DNA of 64,000 nucleotides, from the NCBI RefSeq assembly GCF_965284475.1, contig NZ_OZ260087.1, positions 2,645,646 through 2,709,645 of the forward strand, written 5' to 3'. Below, piece after piece: positions 1 through 9,098 of the stretch. The notes beneath the pieces are model-generated. The model was not told the DNA's origin. It saw nothing but the letters and a program-made list of their open reading frames with translations, and did no database searches. The translations under genes and the position numbers were made by a program. Position 1 is the first letter of the stretch. Every line of letters starts with the position of its first letter. This DNA comes from Hyphomonas sp. (lineage in GTDB: Bacteria > Pseudomonadota > Alphaproteobacteria > Caulobacterales > Hyphomonadaceae).

Positions 1-348
1 CCCTATGTGATCGACGCCATCGGCCCGCGCTGGGCCCGCGCCCTGTTTGTCACCGCGGAAACCTTCGATGCCGACTATGCCGAGCGCATGGGCCTCGTTC
101 ACTATGTCGTGGACGACCAGGCCGGCATGACGGCGATGGAAGAGCATCTCGCCAACCTTGTCTTCGCTGCTGCGCCGGGGGCGATTGCCGATGCCAAGAA
201 GCTTGTCGCCGATGTCACCGGCGAGGTCATCGACAAGGATCTCGGTCACGATACGGCCCGCCGCATTGCTGCCCGCCGGGCGTCAGACGAAGGCAAGGAA
301 GGCATCGCCGCCTTTCTCGAAAAGCGAAAGCCTAATTGGGCTCGCTAA
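1..348 (+). CDS. Enoyl-CoA hydratase/isomerase family protein, C-terminal part only (probably methylglutaconyl-CoA hydratase, LiuC-like); 5' end lies outside the window
   Basis: The frame is open from base 1 (PYVIDAIGPRWARALFVTAETFDA...EGKEGIAAFLEKRKPNW). This C-terminus is typical of crotonases, and an acyl-CoA carboxylase alpha subunit lies nearby. Confidence 0.8.
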   Translation, partial: PYVIDAIGPRWARALFVTAETFDADYAERMGLVHYVVDDQAGMTAMEEHLANLVFAAAPGAIADAKKLVADVTGEVIDKDLGHDTARRIAARRASDEGKEGIAAFLEKRKPNWAR

Positions 349-688
349 TCAGCTTCTCAGTCGCGGTCTTGACCGGCAATCCCATGTCACCAAGGAATTC
401 AAGTGTCGCAGCCACCGGGTTAATCCCTGTCATATTGGTGATCGGGGTCTGGAAGACATAGACCAGCACGCCGAACATTATGACATAGATAACGAACTGC
501 ATCGCCGACTTCAGCAGGAACGCCCCGGCGCTGCCTGCAACAAGGCCGACGCCGCCCAGAATCATTGCGCCCGCTATGGGTGGCAAATTGCTGACATCGG
601 CGGCCTGTGTGTAGCCGATATAGCCGCCCACTGCCGCCCCAATGACGCCGGCAAGACCGCTCAACTGAACTCCCGAAGCATAAGCCAT
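332..688 (-). CDS. Small hypothetical membrane protein (118 aa)
   Basis: ATG at 688 preceded by GAGGGG. The protein MAYASGVQLSGLAGVIGAAVGG... has several Gly-rich hydrophobic segments. It is the C-terminal part of track ORF 332..1381. Confidence 0.7.
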   Translation of the reverse strand: MAYASGVQLSGLAGVIGAAVGGYIGYTQAADVSNLPPIAGAMILGGVGLVAGSAGAFLLKSAMQFVIYVIMFGVLVYVFQTPITNMTGINPVAATLEFLGDMGLPVKTATEKLISEPN

Positions 689-817
689 AATTAGTCCCCT
701 CGATTGACTAGGGTTAATCCTTACGACACGCAGCAGTCGTAACAAAGTCGGAATTTCACCCCCGGACGACCCCGGAGCGGTCTCAAACCTGCCTGCTTCC
801 GGGCCGAGGGACATGGC

Positions 818-1693
818 ATGACGTCCACCCCCACGCCGCCCCCCGCCACCCGCTTGCAGCGCCGCCTGCATGACGCCCGCGCTGCTCTCCACGCCCGCTG
901 GGTGCGCGGTCCCGTCAGTCAGGCGGCGTTCGAATTCCTCGCCTTCGGCATCAAGCAGGCCTGGGCCTGCCTGTTCGGCGGCGCCATGCTCGCCCTCCTG
1001 CTGGCGACATTCCTGTTCTACCCCGAAGGCGCGCCCGTATCGCGCTACGACTTCCTTGTGATCGCGGCCATCGGCATCCAGGCCATTATGCTCCTGTCGG
1101 GTCTGGAGACGTGGGAAGAGGCCCGGATCATCCTCGTTTTCCACGTGGTCGGCACCGTAATGGAACTCTTCAAGACGCAAGCCGGCAGCTGGATCTATCC
1201 CGAGGAGAGTTTCCTGCGTATCGGCGCCGTGCCGCTCTTCTCCGGCTTCATGTATGCCGCCGTCGGCTCCTATCTTGCCCGCGTCTGGCGCATCTTCGCC
1301 TTCCGCTTCACCCACTTCCCGCCGCTCTGGCTGCAGGGCCTGCTGGCGGTCGCCATCTATGTGAACTTCTTCGCCCATCACTGGCTGCCGGATGTGCGCC
1401 TCGCTCTCTTCGCAGCCACCCTCCTGATCTATGGCCGCTCATGGGTCCGTTTCCGCCCGGATGTTGCCTGGCGCAGAATGCCGCTGATCGTCGGGTTCCT
1501 GCTGGTCGCGCTCTTCATCTGGTTCGCGGAAAACCTCGGCACCTTCGCCCGCGCCTGGGCCTATCCGGGGCAGGAGGATGGCTGGGAAATGGTGTCGCTC
1601 GCCAAACTCGGCTCATGGTATCTCTTGATGATTATCAGCTTCGTGCTGGTCGCAACAGTTCACCGGTCCCGGTCCGTCCAGCGCATTGCTTGA
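818..1693 (+). CDS. DUF817 family integral membrane protein
   Basis: Motifs FGIKQAWACLFGG, VFHVVGTVMELFKT, VPLFSGFMYAAVGSY, FIWFAENLGT and KLGSWYLL are characteristic of DUF817. GAGGGA precedes the ATG. Confidence 0.8.
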   Translation: MTSTPTPPPATRLQRRLHDARAALHARWVRGPVSQAAFEFLAFGIKQAWACLFGGAMLALLLATFLFYPEGAPVSRYDFLVIAAIGIQAIMLLSGLETWEEARIILVFHVVGTVMELFKTQAGSWIYPEESFLRIGAVPLFSGFMYAAVGSYLARVWRIFAFRFTHFPPLWLQGLLAVAIYVNFFAHHWLPDVRLALFAATLLIYGRSWVRFRPDVAWRRMPLIVGFLLVALFIWFAENLGTFARAWAYPGQEDGWEMVSLAKLGSWYLLMIISFVLVATVHRSRSVQRIA

Positions 1694-1738
1694 CCCCGCA
1701 ACTTGTCTTTTTGGGCAAAATCGGGTCTTGCTGCGGCC

Positions 1739-3643
1739 ATGATCAAAAGCCTCCTCATCGCCAATCGCGGCGAAATCGCCTGCCGCATCATGGCCACCTG
1801 CCGCGACCTCGGCATCCGCACCATTGCTGTCTATTCCGACCCTGACGCCCGCGCCAAACACGTCCGCGAGGCAGACGAGGCTGTGCATATCGGCCCGGCC
1901 CCGGCATCCGACAGCTACCTGCGCGCAGACCGCATCCTCGCTGCCGCCAAGGCCACCGGCGCCGACGCAATCCATCCCGGCTACGGCTTCCTGTCGGAGA
2001 ATGCCGAATTTGCCGAGGATGTGCGCAATGCCGGCCTCATCTGGGTTGGCCCTCCGCCCTCCGCCATCCGGTCCATGGGCCTGAAGGACGAAGCCAAGCG
2101 CATTGCCGAGGAAGCAGGCGTTCCTGTATTGCCCGGCTATCGCGGTGAAGCGCAGGACCTGAAGACGCTGACGGCCGCTGCGAAAGACGTCGGTTACCCG
2201 CTGCTCATCAAGGCCATCGCAGGCGGCGGGGGCAGGGGTATCCGTCTGGTCTCCAAGGCATCGGCTCTGAAGGACGAATTGGAAAGCGCCGTGCGCGAAG
2301 CCGAAGCGGCCTTTGGTGATGGCCGCGTCATGCTGGAAAAACTGGTCGAACAGCCGCGCCATATCGAAGTCCAGGTCTTCGGCGATGCCCACGGCAATGT
2401 CGTTCACCTGTTCGAGCGTGACTGCTCGCTCCAGCGCCGCCGCCAGAAAGTGCTGGAAGAGGCCCCCGCGCCCGGCATGCCGGATGATGTTCGCGCCGCG
2501 ATGACAGACGCCGCCGTGAAACTCGCGAAGGCTGTGAAATACGAAGGTGCCGGAACGATCGAGTTCATCGTCGATGGCAGCCGCCCGCTCAGCGTCGACA
2601 GTTTCTGGTTCCTCGAAATGAACACCCGGTTGCAGGTCGAACATCCGGTCACTGAAATGGTCACGGGCACCGATCTGGTCGAATGGCAGCTGCACGTCGC
2701 TGGCGGCGGCGAACTGCCCCTTGTGCAGGACGAGATCACGCTCAGCGGCCACGCAGTCGAGGCCCGAATCTGCGCCGAGGACCCGTCAGACGGCTTCCGC
2801 CCCGGCGCCGGCCTGATCCTCGAATTCGGCCTGCTCGAACCCGTCGACGGCGATCTGATCCGCTGGGACACAGGCTTTGAAACCGGCGACCGCGTGCCTT
2901 CAGCCTACGATTCCATGATCGCCAAGCTGATCGTCTTCGGCGATGACCGCGACGAGGCTGTCGATCGCCTGATCGACACGCTCGCCCATACCCAGCTTGT
3001 CGGCGTCCCCTCGAATGCCGGCTTCCTGCGCCGCTGCGCCATGTCTGATGCCTTCCTTGACGCCACCCACCACGTGAACTGGATCGCCGAACAGGGCGAC
3101 GCGCTCACAGCCGCACCAGACTCCCACCAGCACGCTTCTGTCATCGCCGTCTGCGACGTCCAGCTTGATGCCTCCGGCGCGGCCCAGCCATGGGACGTGA
3201 AGGATGGCTGGCGCATGAATGGCGCACCGATGCGCAAGGTGATGGTCGCGGTCGGCGGCGATGCCGACTGGATCGACCCCAATGAGTTCGATGTCGATCA
3301 GGACCTGCCGCTGCCCCTCGTCACCGACCTCTCGCCCCGCCGCTACGCCGTCACTACGGCAGGCGACAGTGTACTGGTCGACGTACCGGACTATGACGCC
3401 GATGTCGAAGCCCTGCTCGGCGGCGATTCGGTCAAGGCGCCGATGCCCGGCAAGATCATCGCGATGAACGTGAAGGCGGGTGACACGGTCGCGCGCGGCG
3501 ACACGCTCGCCGTCATGGAAGCCATGAAGATGGAACACAGCCTCTCCGCCCCGCGCGATGGCGTCGTGGAGGCCGTCTCGGGCACAGTCGGAGAGCAGGT
3601 CGCCGAGGGGATGGTGCTGGTTCAACTGATCGAGGAAGAATAG
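1739..3643 (+). CDS. Biotin carboxylase/biotin carboxyl carrier subunit of an acyl-CoA carboxylase (probably methylcrotonyl-CoA carboxylase alpha, LiuD/MccA-like)
   Basis: LIANRGEIACR, IHPGYGFLSEN, RDCSLQRRRQK and FLEMNTRLQVEHPVTE are present, with the biotinylation motif EAMKME near the C-terminus. ATG is at 1739. Confidence 0.9.
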   Translation: MIKSLLIANRGEIACRIMATCRDLGIRTIAVYSDPDARAKHVREADEAVHIGPAPASDSYLRADRILAAAKATGADAIHPGYGFLSENAEFAEDVRNAGLIWVGPPPSAIRSMGLKDEAKRIAEEAGVPVLPGYRGEAQDLKTLTAAAKDVGYPLLIKAIAGGGGRGIRLVSKASALKDELESAVREAEAAFGDGRVMLEKLVEQPRHIEVQVFGDAHGNVVHLFERDCSLQRRRQKVLEEAPAPGMPDDVRAAMTDAAVKLAKAVKYEGAGTIEFIVDGSRPLSVDSFWFLEMNTRLQVEHPVTEMVTGTDLVEWQLHVAGGGELPLVQDEITLSGHAVEARICAEDPSDGFRPGAGLILEFGLLEPVDGDLIRWDTGFETGDRVPSAYDSMIAKLIVFGDDRDEAVDRLIDTLAHTQLVGVPSNAGFLRRCAMSDAFLDATHHVNWIAEQGDALTAAPDSHQHASVIAVCDVQLDASGAAQPWDVKDGWRMNGAPMRKVMVAVGGDADWIDPNEFDVDQDLPLPLVTDLSPRRYAVTTAGDSVLVDVPDYDADVEALLGGDSVKAPMPGKIIAMNVKAGDTVARGDTLAVMEAMKMEHSLSAPRDGVVEAVSGTVGEQVAEGMVLVQLIEEE

Positions 3644-3645
3644 GT

Positions 3646-3688
3646 CCTCACCTCCCACTGCCGAGGGCAGTGGGAGGTGAGGGTTTTT
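3646..3688 (+). terminator. Rho-independent terminator: perfect 17-bp stem, 3-nt loop, T tract
   Basis: CCTCACCTCCCACTGCC (3646-3662), GAG, GGCAGTGGGAGGTGAGG (3666-3682), then GTTTTT. It lies between the convergent carboxylase and gltX genes. Confidence 0.8.
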
Positions 3689-5030
3689 AAGCCGCCTTCA
3701 GCCGCGCCCGCGTCCGCTCCCGCCCGATCAGCGGCAAGAGGCTTGCCATGTCCGGCCCGTGTTCCTGACCCGTCAGCGCCCTGCGCAGGGTCATGAACAG
3801 GCCCTTGCCCTTGCGGCCCGTGGCGGCCTTCACCGCGTTGGTCCACTCGCTCCAGGTCTCGGCGGTCAACTCGCCTTCGGGCAGCAGGTCAGCGGCCTGC
3901 AGAACGAAGTCCTTGTCCTCGGCATCGACCAGCGGCGCCACATCGCCAAACACGACATCGACCCAGGCTGACACGTCCGGCAACAGCGAGCAGTTCTGGC
4001 GCACCACGGTCCAGAAGGCTTCATCGGCGGCCTTCGGATCAATCGCCGCCAGCCGATCCTTCACCGCATCAAAAGGCAGGCCGTGCAGGATGGCAGCGTT
4101 GAGCGACAACAGGTCTGCCTCGTCAAACCGTGCCGGCGCCCGGCCGATCTTGCCAAAGTCGAATTCCTTCGCCAGTTCATCAAGGCTGGTGCGCGCCTCG
4201 ACATTGTCCGACGTGCCGATCTTGGCCAGCAGGCTGGTAATCGCCATCGGCTCATAGCCCTGCGCGCGCAGCTCGCCCATCGACAGCGAGCCGAGCCGCT
4301 TCGACAGGCCCTGTCCGTCCGCGCCGATCAGCAGCGGCGTGTGGGCCATTTGCGGCGCCGTGCCGCCCAGCGCCAGGAAGATTTCGATCTGCGCGCCGGA
4401 ATTGGTCACATGGTCCTCGCCACGCACGACATGCGTGATCTTCGCATCGATATCGTCCACCACCGAAGGCATCGTGTAGAGATAGGAGCCATCCTCGCGA
4501 ATCAGCACCGGGTCTGACAGGCTCGACGTGTCGATGCTCTGCGGCCCGCGAACAAGGTCGTCCCATTCCACCCGGTTGCCGGACAGTTTGAACCGCCAGT
4601 GCGGCTTGACGCCATCGGCTTCCAGCTTCGCCTTCTCGGCATCGCTCAGGTCCAGCGAGGCGCGGTCATAGACCGGGGGTCGCCCGCGCGAGAGGGCGAT
4701 CTTGCGCTTGCGCTCCAGCTCGTCGGCGCTCTCGTAGCAGGCGTACAGAAGGCCCATCTCCTTCAGGCGAGCGGCGGCCTTGTCATATTCTCCAAACCGG
4801 TCGGACTGGCTGAACGTGTCCGCCCAGACGAGTCCGAGCCAGGTCAGATCCTCGCGCAGGCCGTCTTCATAGGCCTTTGTCGAGCGTTCCACGTCCGTAT
4901 CATCGATGCGCAGGATGAATTTGCCGCCCTTCGCGTGCGCAAACAGCCAGTTGATCAGGGCCGTGCGCACGTTGCCAACGTGCAGGCGCCCGGTGGGCGA
5001 AGGGGCAAAACGGACAATCGGGTGGGTCAT
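3687..5030 (-). CDS. gltX: Glutamate--tRNA ligase
   Basis: VRFAPSPTGRLHVGN (HIGH motif), LRIDDTD, RGEDHVTN and GLSKR (KMSKS-equivalent). ATG is at 5030. Confidence 0.95.
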   Translation of the reverse strand: MTHPIVRFAPSPTGRLHVGNVRTALINWLFAHAKGGKFILRIDDTDVERSTKAYEDGLREDLTWLGLVWADTFSQSDRFGEYDKAAARLKEMGLLYACYESADELERKRKIALSRGRPPVYDRASLDLSDAEKAKLEADGVKPHWRFKLSGNRVEWDDLVRGPQSIDTSSLSDPVLIREDGSYLYTMPSVVDDIDAKITHVVRGEDHVTNSGAQIEIFLALGGTAPQMAHTPLLIGADGQGLSKRLGSLSMGELRAQGYEPMAITSLLAKIGTSDNVEARTSLDELAKEFDFGKIGRAPARFDEADLLSLNAAILHGLPFDAVKDRLAAIDPKAADEAFWTVVRQNCSLLPDVSAWVDVVFGDVAPLVDAEDKDFVLQAADLLPEGELTAETWSEWTNAVKAATGRKGKGLFMTLRRALTGQEHGPDMASLLPLIGRERTRARLKAA

Positions 5031-5164
5031 GGGCGTTGTTTTCCAGTCATTCCAAGCCGCTTTCGACATCAAATTGCCGAAAAAGCCAAGGCATCAGCGT
5101 CACAATCTTGCTATTGTTTGTGCTAATCATCGAGACTCAAGCGAGTCGCCCAGAGGAGTGGGAC

Positions 5165-5998
5165 ATGAAATTTGGCAGCATCTTGGCCGCAACGGTTGCG
5201 GCGGTCGTTCTGGCGGCCTGTGGCCAGTCCGCGGACACACCAAGTGAAAGCGAAATTGTACCCAATGAGGGCAATGAGATGGCCGAGCCCGGCTCCCTCA
5301 GCGAAACGCCGCAAGGCAGTGACTATGTGGCGCCGGACTTTGCCAAACTCTCCGGCTATGGCGAAGGCTGGTACATTTCTCCCGGTTGGCCGGGCGAATA
5401 CCCGGCGGGCTTTGTCGTGCTCGATGAGGGGGTCAGCGTCATGGGCCGGTCCAGCCCGAACCCGGCCGCGCCGCAGGAGATAGACTGCACCCTGCCGCAA
5501 CTAGCCAATTACCAGCTCTGGAACAATCCGCGCGTTTCGGCTGACGAACTGGAATTCTTCGTCGCCACGAAAACCTTCCCGGTTACGCTCAATCAGGACG
5601 CCCAGATCGAATATATCAGCGATGCGGGCAGCATGCAGATGCTGAACCTCAAGCAGGGCGAACAGCTGAACTACCTGCGCTATCTAGGCGAAGGCTTCGC
5701 GATCCTTTCCTATGCCGGCATCGAATATGACATCAACGAAGCCGAGCTGATGGACGTCACCGATATCCAGGCCACCAAGGGTCAGGAAGATGAGTGGGTG
5801 CGGGTGACCTGTGCGGATGCCGCCAAGGCATGGCTGCTATATGACGAGGTCGTCGCCGTGCACGGCATCCTGCCGTCGCCTATCACGGGCTATGGCGATG
5901 CATCAGACATCACGCTCGATCAGGTGGCCGGTATCCGCGCTGAAGCGGAACAGAACGCCGCGCTGGCAGCCAGCGTCGGCGAAGGCCCGGTAGAATAG
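5165..5998 (+). CDS. Hypothetical lipoprotein
   Basis: GAGGAG precedes the ATG at 5165. The signal peptide MKFGSILAATVAAVVLAAC ends in a lipobox, and the mature part is acidic. I recognise no family. Confidence 0.75.
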   Translation: MKFGSILAATVAAVVLAACGQSADTPSESEIVPNEGNEMAEPGSLSETPQGSDYVAPDFAKLSGYGEGWYISPGWPGEYPAGFVVLDEGVSVMGRSSPNPAAPQEIDCTLPQLANYQLWNNPRVSADELEFFVATKTFPVTLNQDAQIEYISDAGSMQMLNLKQGEQLNYLRYLGEGFAILSYAGIEYDINEAELMDVTDIQATKGQEDEWVRVTCADAAKAWLLYDEVVAVHGILPSPITGYGDASDITLDQVAGIRAEAEQNAALAASVGEGPVE

Positions 5999-6006
5999 GC
6001 GCTTCT

Positions 6007-7242
6007 TCAGGCTGGTCTTCTGGATGCATCAGACGCAATCGCGAACAAACGCGGCTGTAGGACCAGCATGACCCCGCTTGCCGCCAGACTGTAGAGTCCC
6101 ATGCCGAGCAGCTGCGTCGGGAACGCAATGCCATGATCGATCAGGTAGCCGGTCAGCAGCGGCGACACGGCCGAGGCACCCACCACGAACGCAAAGGTCA
6201 GCGCGCGCAATTCGCCGAGATATTTCAGGCCGAACAGTTCCGGCCAGATCGCCCCGGAAAGCGCACTGTCAAACCCCGCTGTGAACCCGATCAGCACCAT
6301 GACAGGCCACACGACCCAGAACTCGCCCACCAGCCCCAGTGAGATCATGCCCAGCGCCATCGGCAACAGGTAAAGCGGCAGCATCCGGCGCGCGCTGAAC
6401 CGGTCGATCAGGCCGCCCGCCAGCAGCGACGCGCCAACCTGCACCGTCGCGAACACGGAGAAGGCCGAGGCATACTGCACCATGTCCCACCCCTTCACGG
6501 AAATCAGGTTCAGCTGGTGGAACAACAGGCTGGTCATCATGAAGGCAGGGCAAAGCATGCCGGTCAGCATGAACCAGAAGGCCGGTGCGCGAACCACATT
6601 GCGCCGCCGCCAGCTGGTTTTCTCACGGGCCACGCCAGTCCCGTCCGCTAGCGCCGACCCCGACGGCACGCGCTCGCGCGACAGCAGCACGTAGAAAACG
6701 GGCAGGGCAACCACCAGCATGACAGCGGCTGCAATCAGCCACAGTGAACGAAAGCCAAGCGCCGCCAGTCCGGCCACGGCCAATGCCGGCGTGAACGCAA
6801 TCCCGGCTGCGTAGCCCAGCGTCACGATGCTCAGCGCCCGGCCCCGGCGCGCATCGAACCAGCGTCCGGTCGCGGTCATTGACACCTGGCTCATCATTCC
6901 CTGCCCGAACAGGCGCAGGCCCAGGAAAGCGAAGAACAGCATCCACACCGCTTGCGTCATCGCCATCAGCAGGCACGCCCCAGCGAGTCCTGCCGAAACA
7001 ATCACCGCCGCGGTGCGGGTCGACACGCGGTCCACCAGCTTGCCGAATTCCAGCAGGATCAGCGCGCTCGTAGTCGTCGCCAGTGCATAGACAAGCCCGA
7101 TCCCGCCATGGCTCAGGCTGAAGCGCGCCATCAGCACGTCATTCGACAGCGAGATGAAATAGGTCTGGCCGAAACTGGACGCGAGGCACAACAGGAAGCC
7201 CGCGAAGAGCCATCGCGCTTCGGCGCGCAGGAAACGGATCAT
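6007..7242 (-). CDS. MFS transporter
   Basis: 411 aa with about 12 hydrophobic segments and MFS loop motifs GKLVDRVSTR and GGLIDRFSAR. Confidence 0.9.
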   Translation of the reverse strand: MIRFLRAEARWLFAGFLLCLASSFGQTYFISLSNDVLMARFSLSHGGIGLVYALATTTSALILLEFGKLVDRVSTRTAAVIVSAGLAGACLLMAMTQAVWMLFFAFLGLRLFGQGMMSQVSMTATGRWFDARRGRALSIVTLGYAAGIAFTPALAVAGLAALGFRSLWLIAAAVMLVVALPVFYVLLSRERVPSGSALADGTGVAREKTSWRRRNVVRAPAFWFMLTGMLCPAFMMTSLLFHQLNLISVKGWDMVQYASAFSVFATVQVGASLLAGGLIDRFSARRMLPLYLLPMALGMISLGLVGEFWVVWPVMVLIGFTAGFDSALSGAIWPELFGLKYLGELRALTFAFVVGASAVSPLLTGYLIDHGIAFPTQLLGMGLYSLAASGVMLVLQPRLFAIASDASRRPA

Positions 7243-7320
7243 GCTGGATTGCCTTTCGGTGCTTCAGATCCTTATCGAACACTCCGAAGCGGTGAAGCCG
7301 GTTTCCTGAAACAGCGGCTT

Positions 7321-8970
7321 TCAGTCGTCGCGGAACCTGTTTGTAATCGGATAGCGGCGGTCGCGCCCGAAATTCTTGCCGCCCACTTTCACGCCGGGCG
7401 GGGCCTGACGGCGCTTGTACTCCGCGATGTAAAGCAGATGCTCTATCCGGCGCACCGTCGCCACGTCATGCCCGCGCGCCAGGATGTCATCAATGTCTTC
7501 TTCCAGTTCCACAAGGCCGCGCAGGATATCGTCCAGCACGTCATAGGGCGGCAGGCTGTCATCGTCGCGCTGGTCCTCGCGCAGTTCAGCCGATGGCGGC
7601 TTGGTGATAATCCGCATCGGGATCACTTCACCACCGGGCCCCAGCGCTCCGCGCGGTATGGTTGTGTTGCGCCACCTGGCCAGCTGGAACACTTCGGTCT
7701 TGTAGAAATCCTTCAGCGCATTGTAGCCGCCGCACATGTCACCATAGAGCGTCGCATAGCCCACGGCCATCTCGCTCTTGTTGCCTGTCGTCACCACCAT
7801 TTGGCCAAACTTGTTCGACAGGGCCATCAGCGTCACCGCGCGCAGGCGTGACTGGATGTTCTCTTCCGTCGTATCCGGCTTTGTCCCGGCAAACTGGCCT
7901 GCCAGCATCTCGTCCAGCGCATCAACGCCGGGGCGGATATTGATGATGTCATACTTGCAGCCCAGCATCTCGGCACAGGCCTTTGCGTCTTCCAAACTGT
8001 CGCTGCTCGTATATTTCGACGGCATCATCACGCACCAGACGCGCTCTGCTCCAAGCGCATCGACTGCAATCGCCGCCGTCAGCGCGCTGTCGATGCCGCC
8101 GCTCATGCCCAGAACGACGCCGGGGAACCGGTTCTTGTTCACATAATCGCCCAGCGCCAGAACGGCTGCGCGATACTCCGCTTCCCAGCCCTCGGTCAGC
8201 GTTTCCTTTGGCCCACTCTGGAAACTGCCGGTCGCACCGTCGAATGAGACCATCGCCGTGCCGGTCTCGAAATCCCCCAGCAGCTGGTGCTCGGTGCCAT
8301 CATCGTCCACGGCATAGCTCGACCCGTCAAACACCAGTTCGTCCTGTCCGCCCACCTGGTTGACGAACAGGTAGGGCACGCCTGTCTTGCGCCAGGCGGA
8401 AAAGGTCGAGTGGCGTTCCTCATGCACCGTCCGGCGCCACGGCGACCCGTTCGGCACCACCAGCATCTGCGCGCCTGCCGCCTTCAGCGCCAGCGGCACC
8501 CGGTCGAACCAGATATCCTCACAGATCGCGACGCCCACTTTCACGCCCTTCAGCGTGAACACGAAGGGTGCGCCTTCGCCCGGCGCAAAGATGCGCTTCT
8601 CGTCGAACACGCCATAATTGGGCAGTTCGCGCTTATCACAGCGCCCGGCCACTTTACCGGCCTGCAACAGCACGCTGGAATTGTGCACCTTGCTATCCTC
8701 TGCCCATGGGCACCCGATCAGGATGGACGGCCCGTCCGCCGTCTCCTCGGCCAGCGTCCTGACCGCTGCCATGGAAAGCTCCACCGCCGAGGGCTTCAGC
8801 ACCAGGTCTTCTGCCGGATAGCCGAGGATGAACAGCTCGCTCAGCACCAACAGGTCCGCGTCCCGCTCCCGCGCCTCGGCATAGGCCTCGCGCGCCAGCG
8901 CCAGGTTGCCATTGATGTCACCAACAACAGGGTTCAACTGCGCCGCGAGAATATCCAGGACTATGCTCAT
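7321..8970 (-). CDS. nadE: Glutamine-dependent NAD+ synthetase (start at 8970 or 8979)
   Basis: N-terminal nitrilase-type glutaminase domain (ELFILGYPAEDL, KRELPNYGVFDEKR, ICEDIW) and synthetase domain (GMSGGIDSA, TGNKSE, GYATLYGD, KPPSAELR). Confidence 0.95.
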   Translation of the reverse strand: MSIVLDILAAQLNPVVGDINGNLALAREAYAEARERDADLLVLSELFILGYPAEDLVLKPSAVELSMAAVRTLAEETADGPSILIGCPWAEDSKVHNSSVLLQAGKVAGRCDKRELPNYGVFDEKRIFAPGEGAPFVFTLKGVKVGVAICEDIWFDRVPLALKAAGAQMLVVPNGSPWRRTVHEERHSTFSAWRKTGVPYLFVNQVGGQDELVFDGSSYAVDDDGTEHQLLGDFETGTAMVSFDGATGSFQSGPKETLTEGWEAEYRAAVLALGDYVNKNRFPGVVLGMSGGIDSALTAAIAVDALGAERVWCVMMPSKYTSSDSLEDAKACAEMLGCKYDIINIRPGVDALDEMLAGQFAGTKPDTTEENIQSRLRAVTLMALSNKFGQMVVTTGNKSEMAVGYATLYGDMCGGYNALKDFYKTEVFQLARWRNTTIPRGALGPGGEVIPMRIITKPPSAELREDQRDDDSLPPYDVLDDILRGLVELEEDIDDILARGHDVATVRRIEHLLYIAEYKRRQAPPGVKVGGKNFGRDRRYPITNRFRDD

Positions 8971-9098
8971 ATTGAGCATTTAGGCGGGCTGAAAAGGATA
9001 AGCAATCGATCGAGGACCGATTGCCATCCGCAAGAGCTTGCCGCCCGGACCCGGCCCGCTAAGACTATGCCTCATCCGCGAGTGCGAAGAGGCCCCCC

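Noticed and set aside
689-1381. N-terminal 231 codons of track ORF 332..1381
   Set aside because: It is antisense to the DUF817 gene. The real gene starts at ATG 688, which has an SD sequence.
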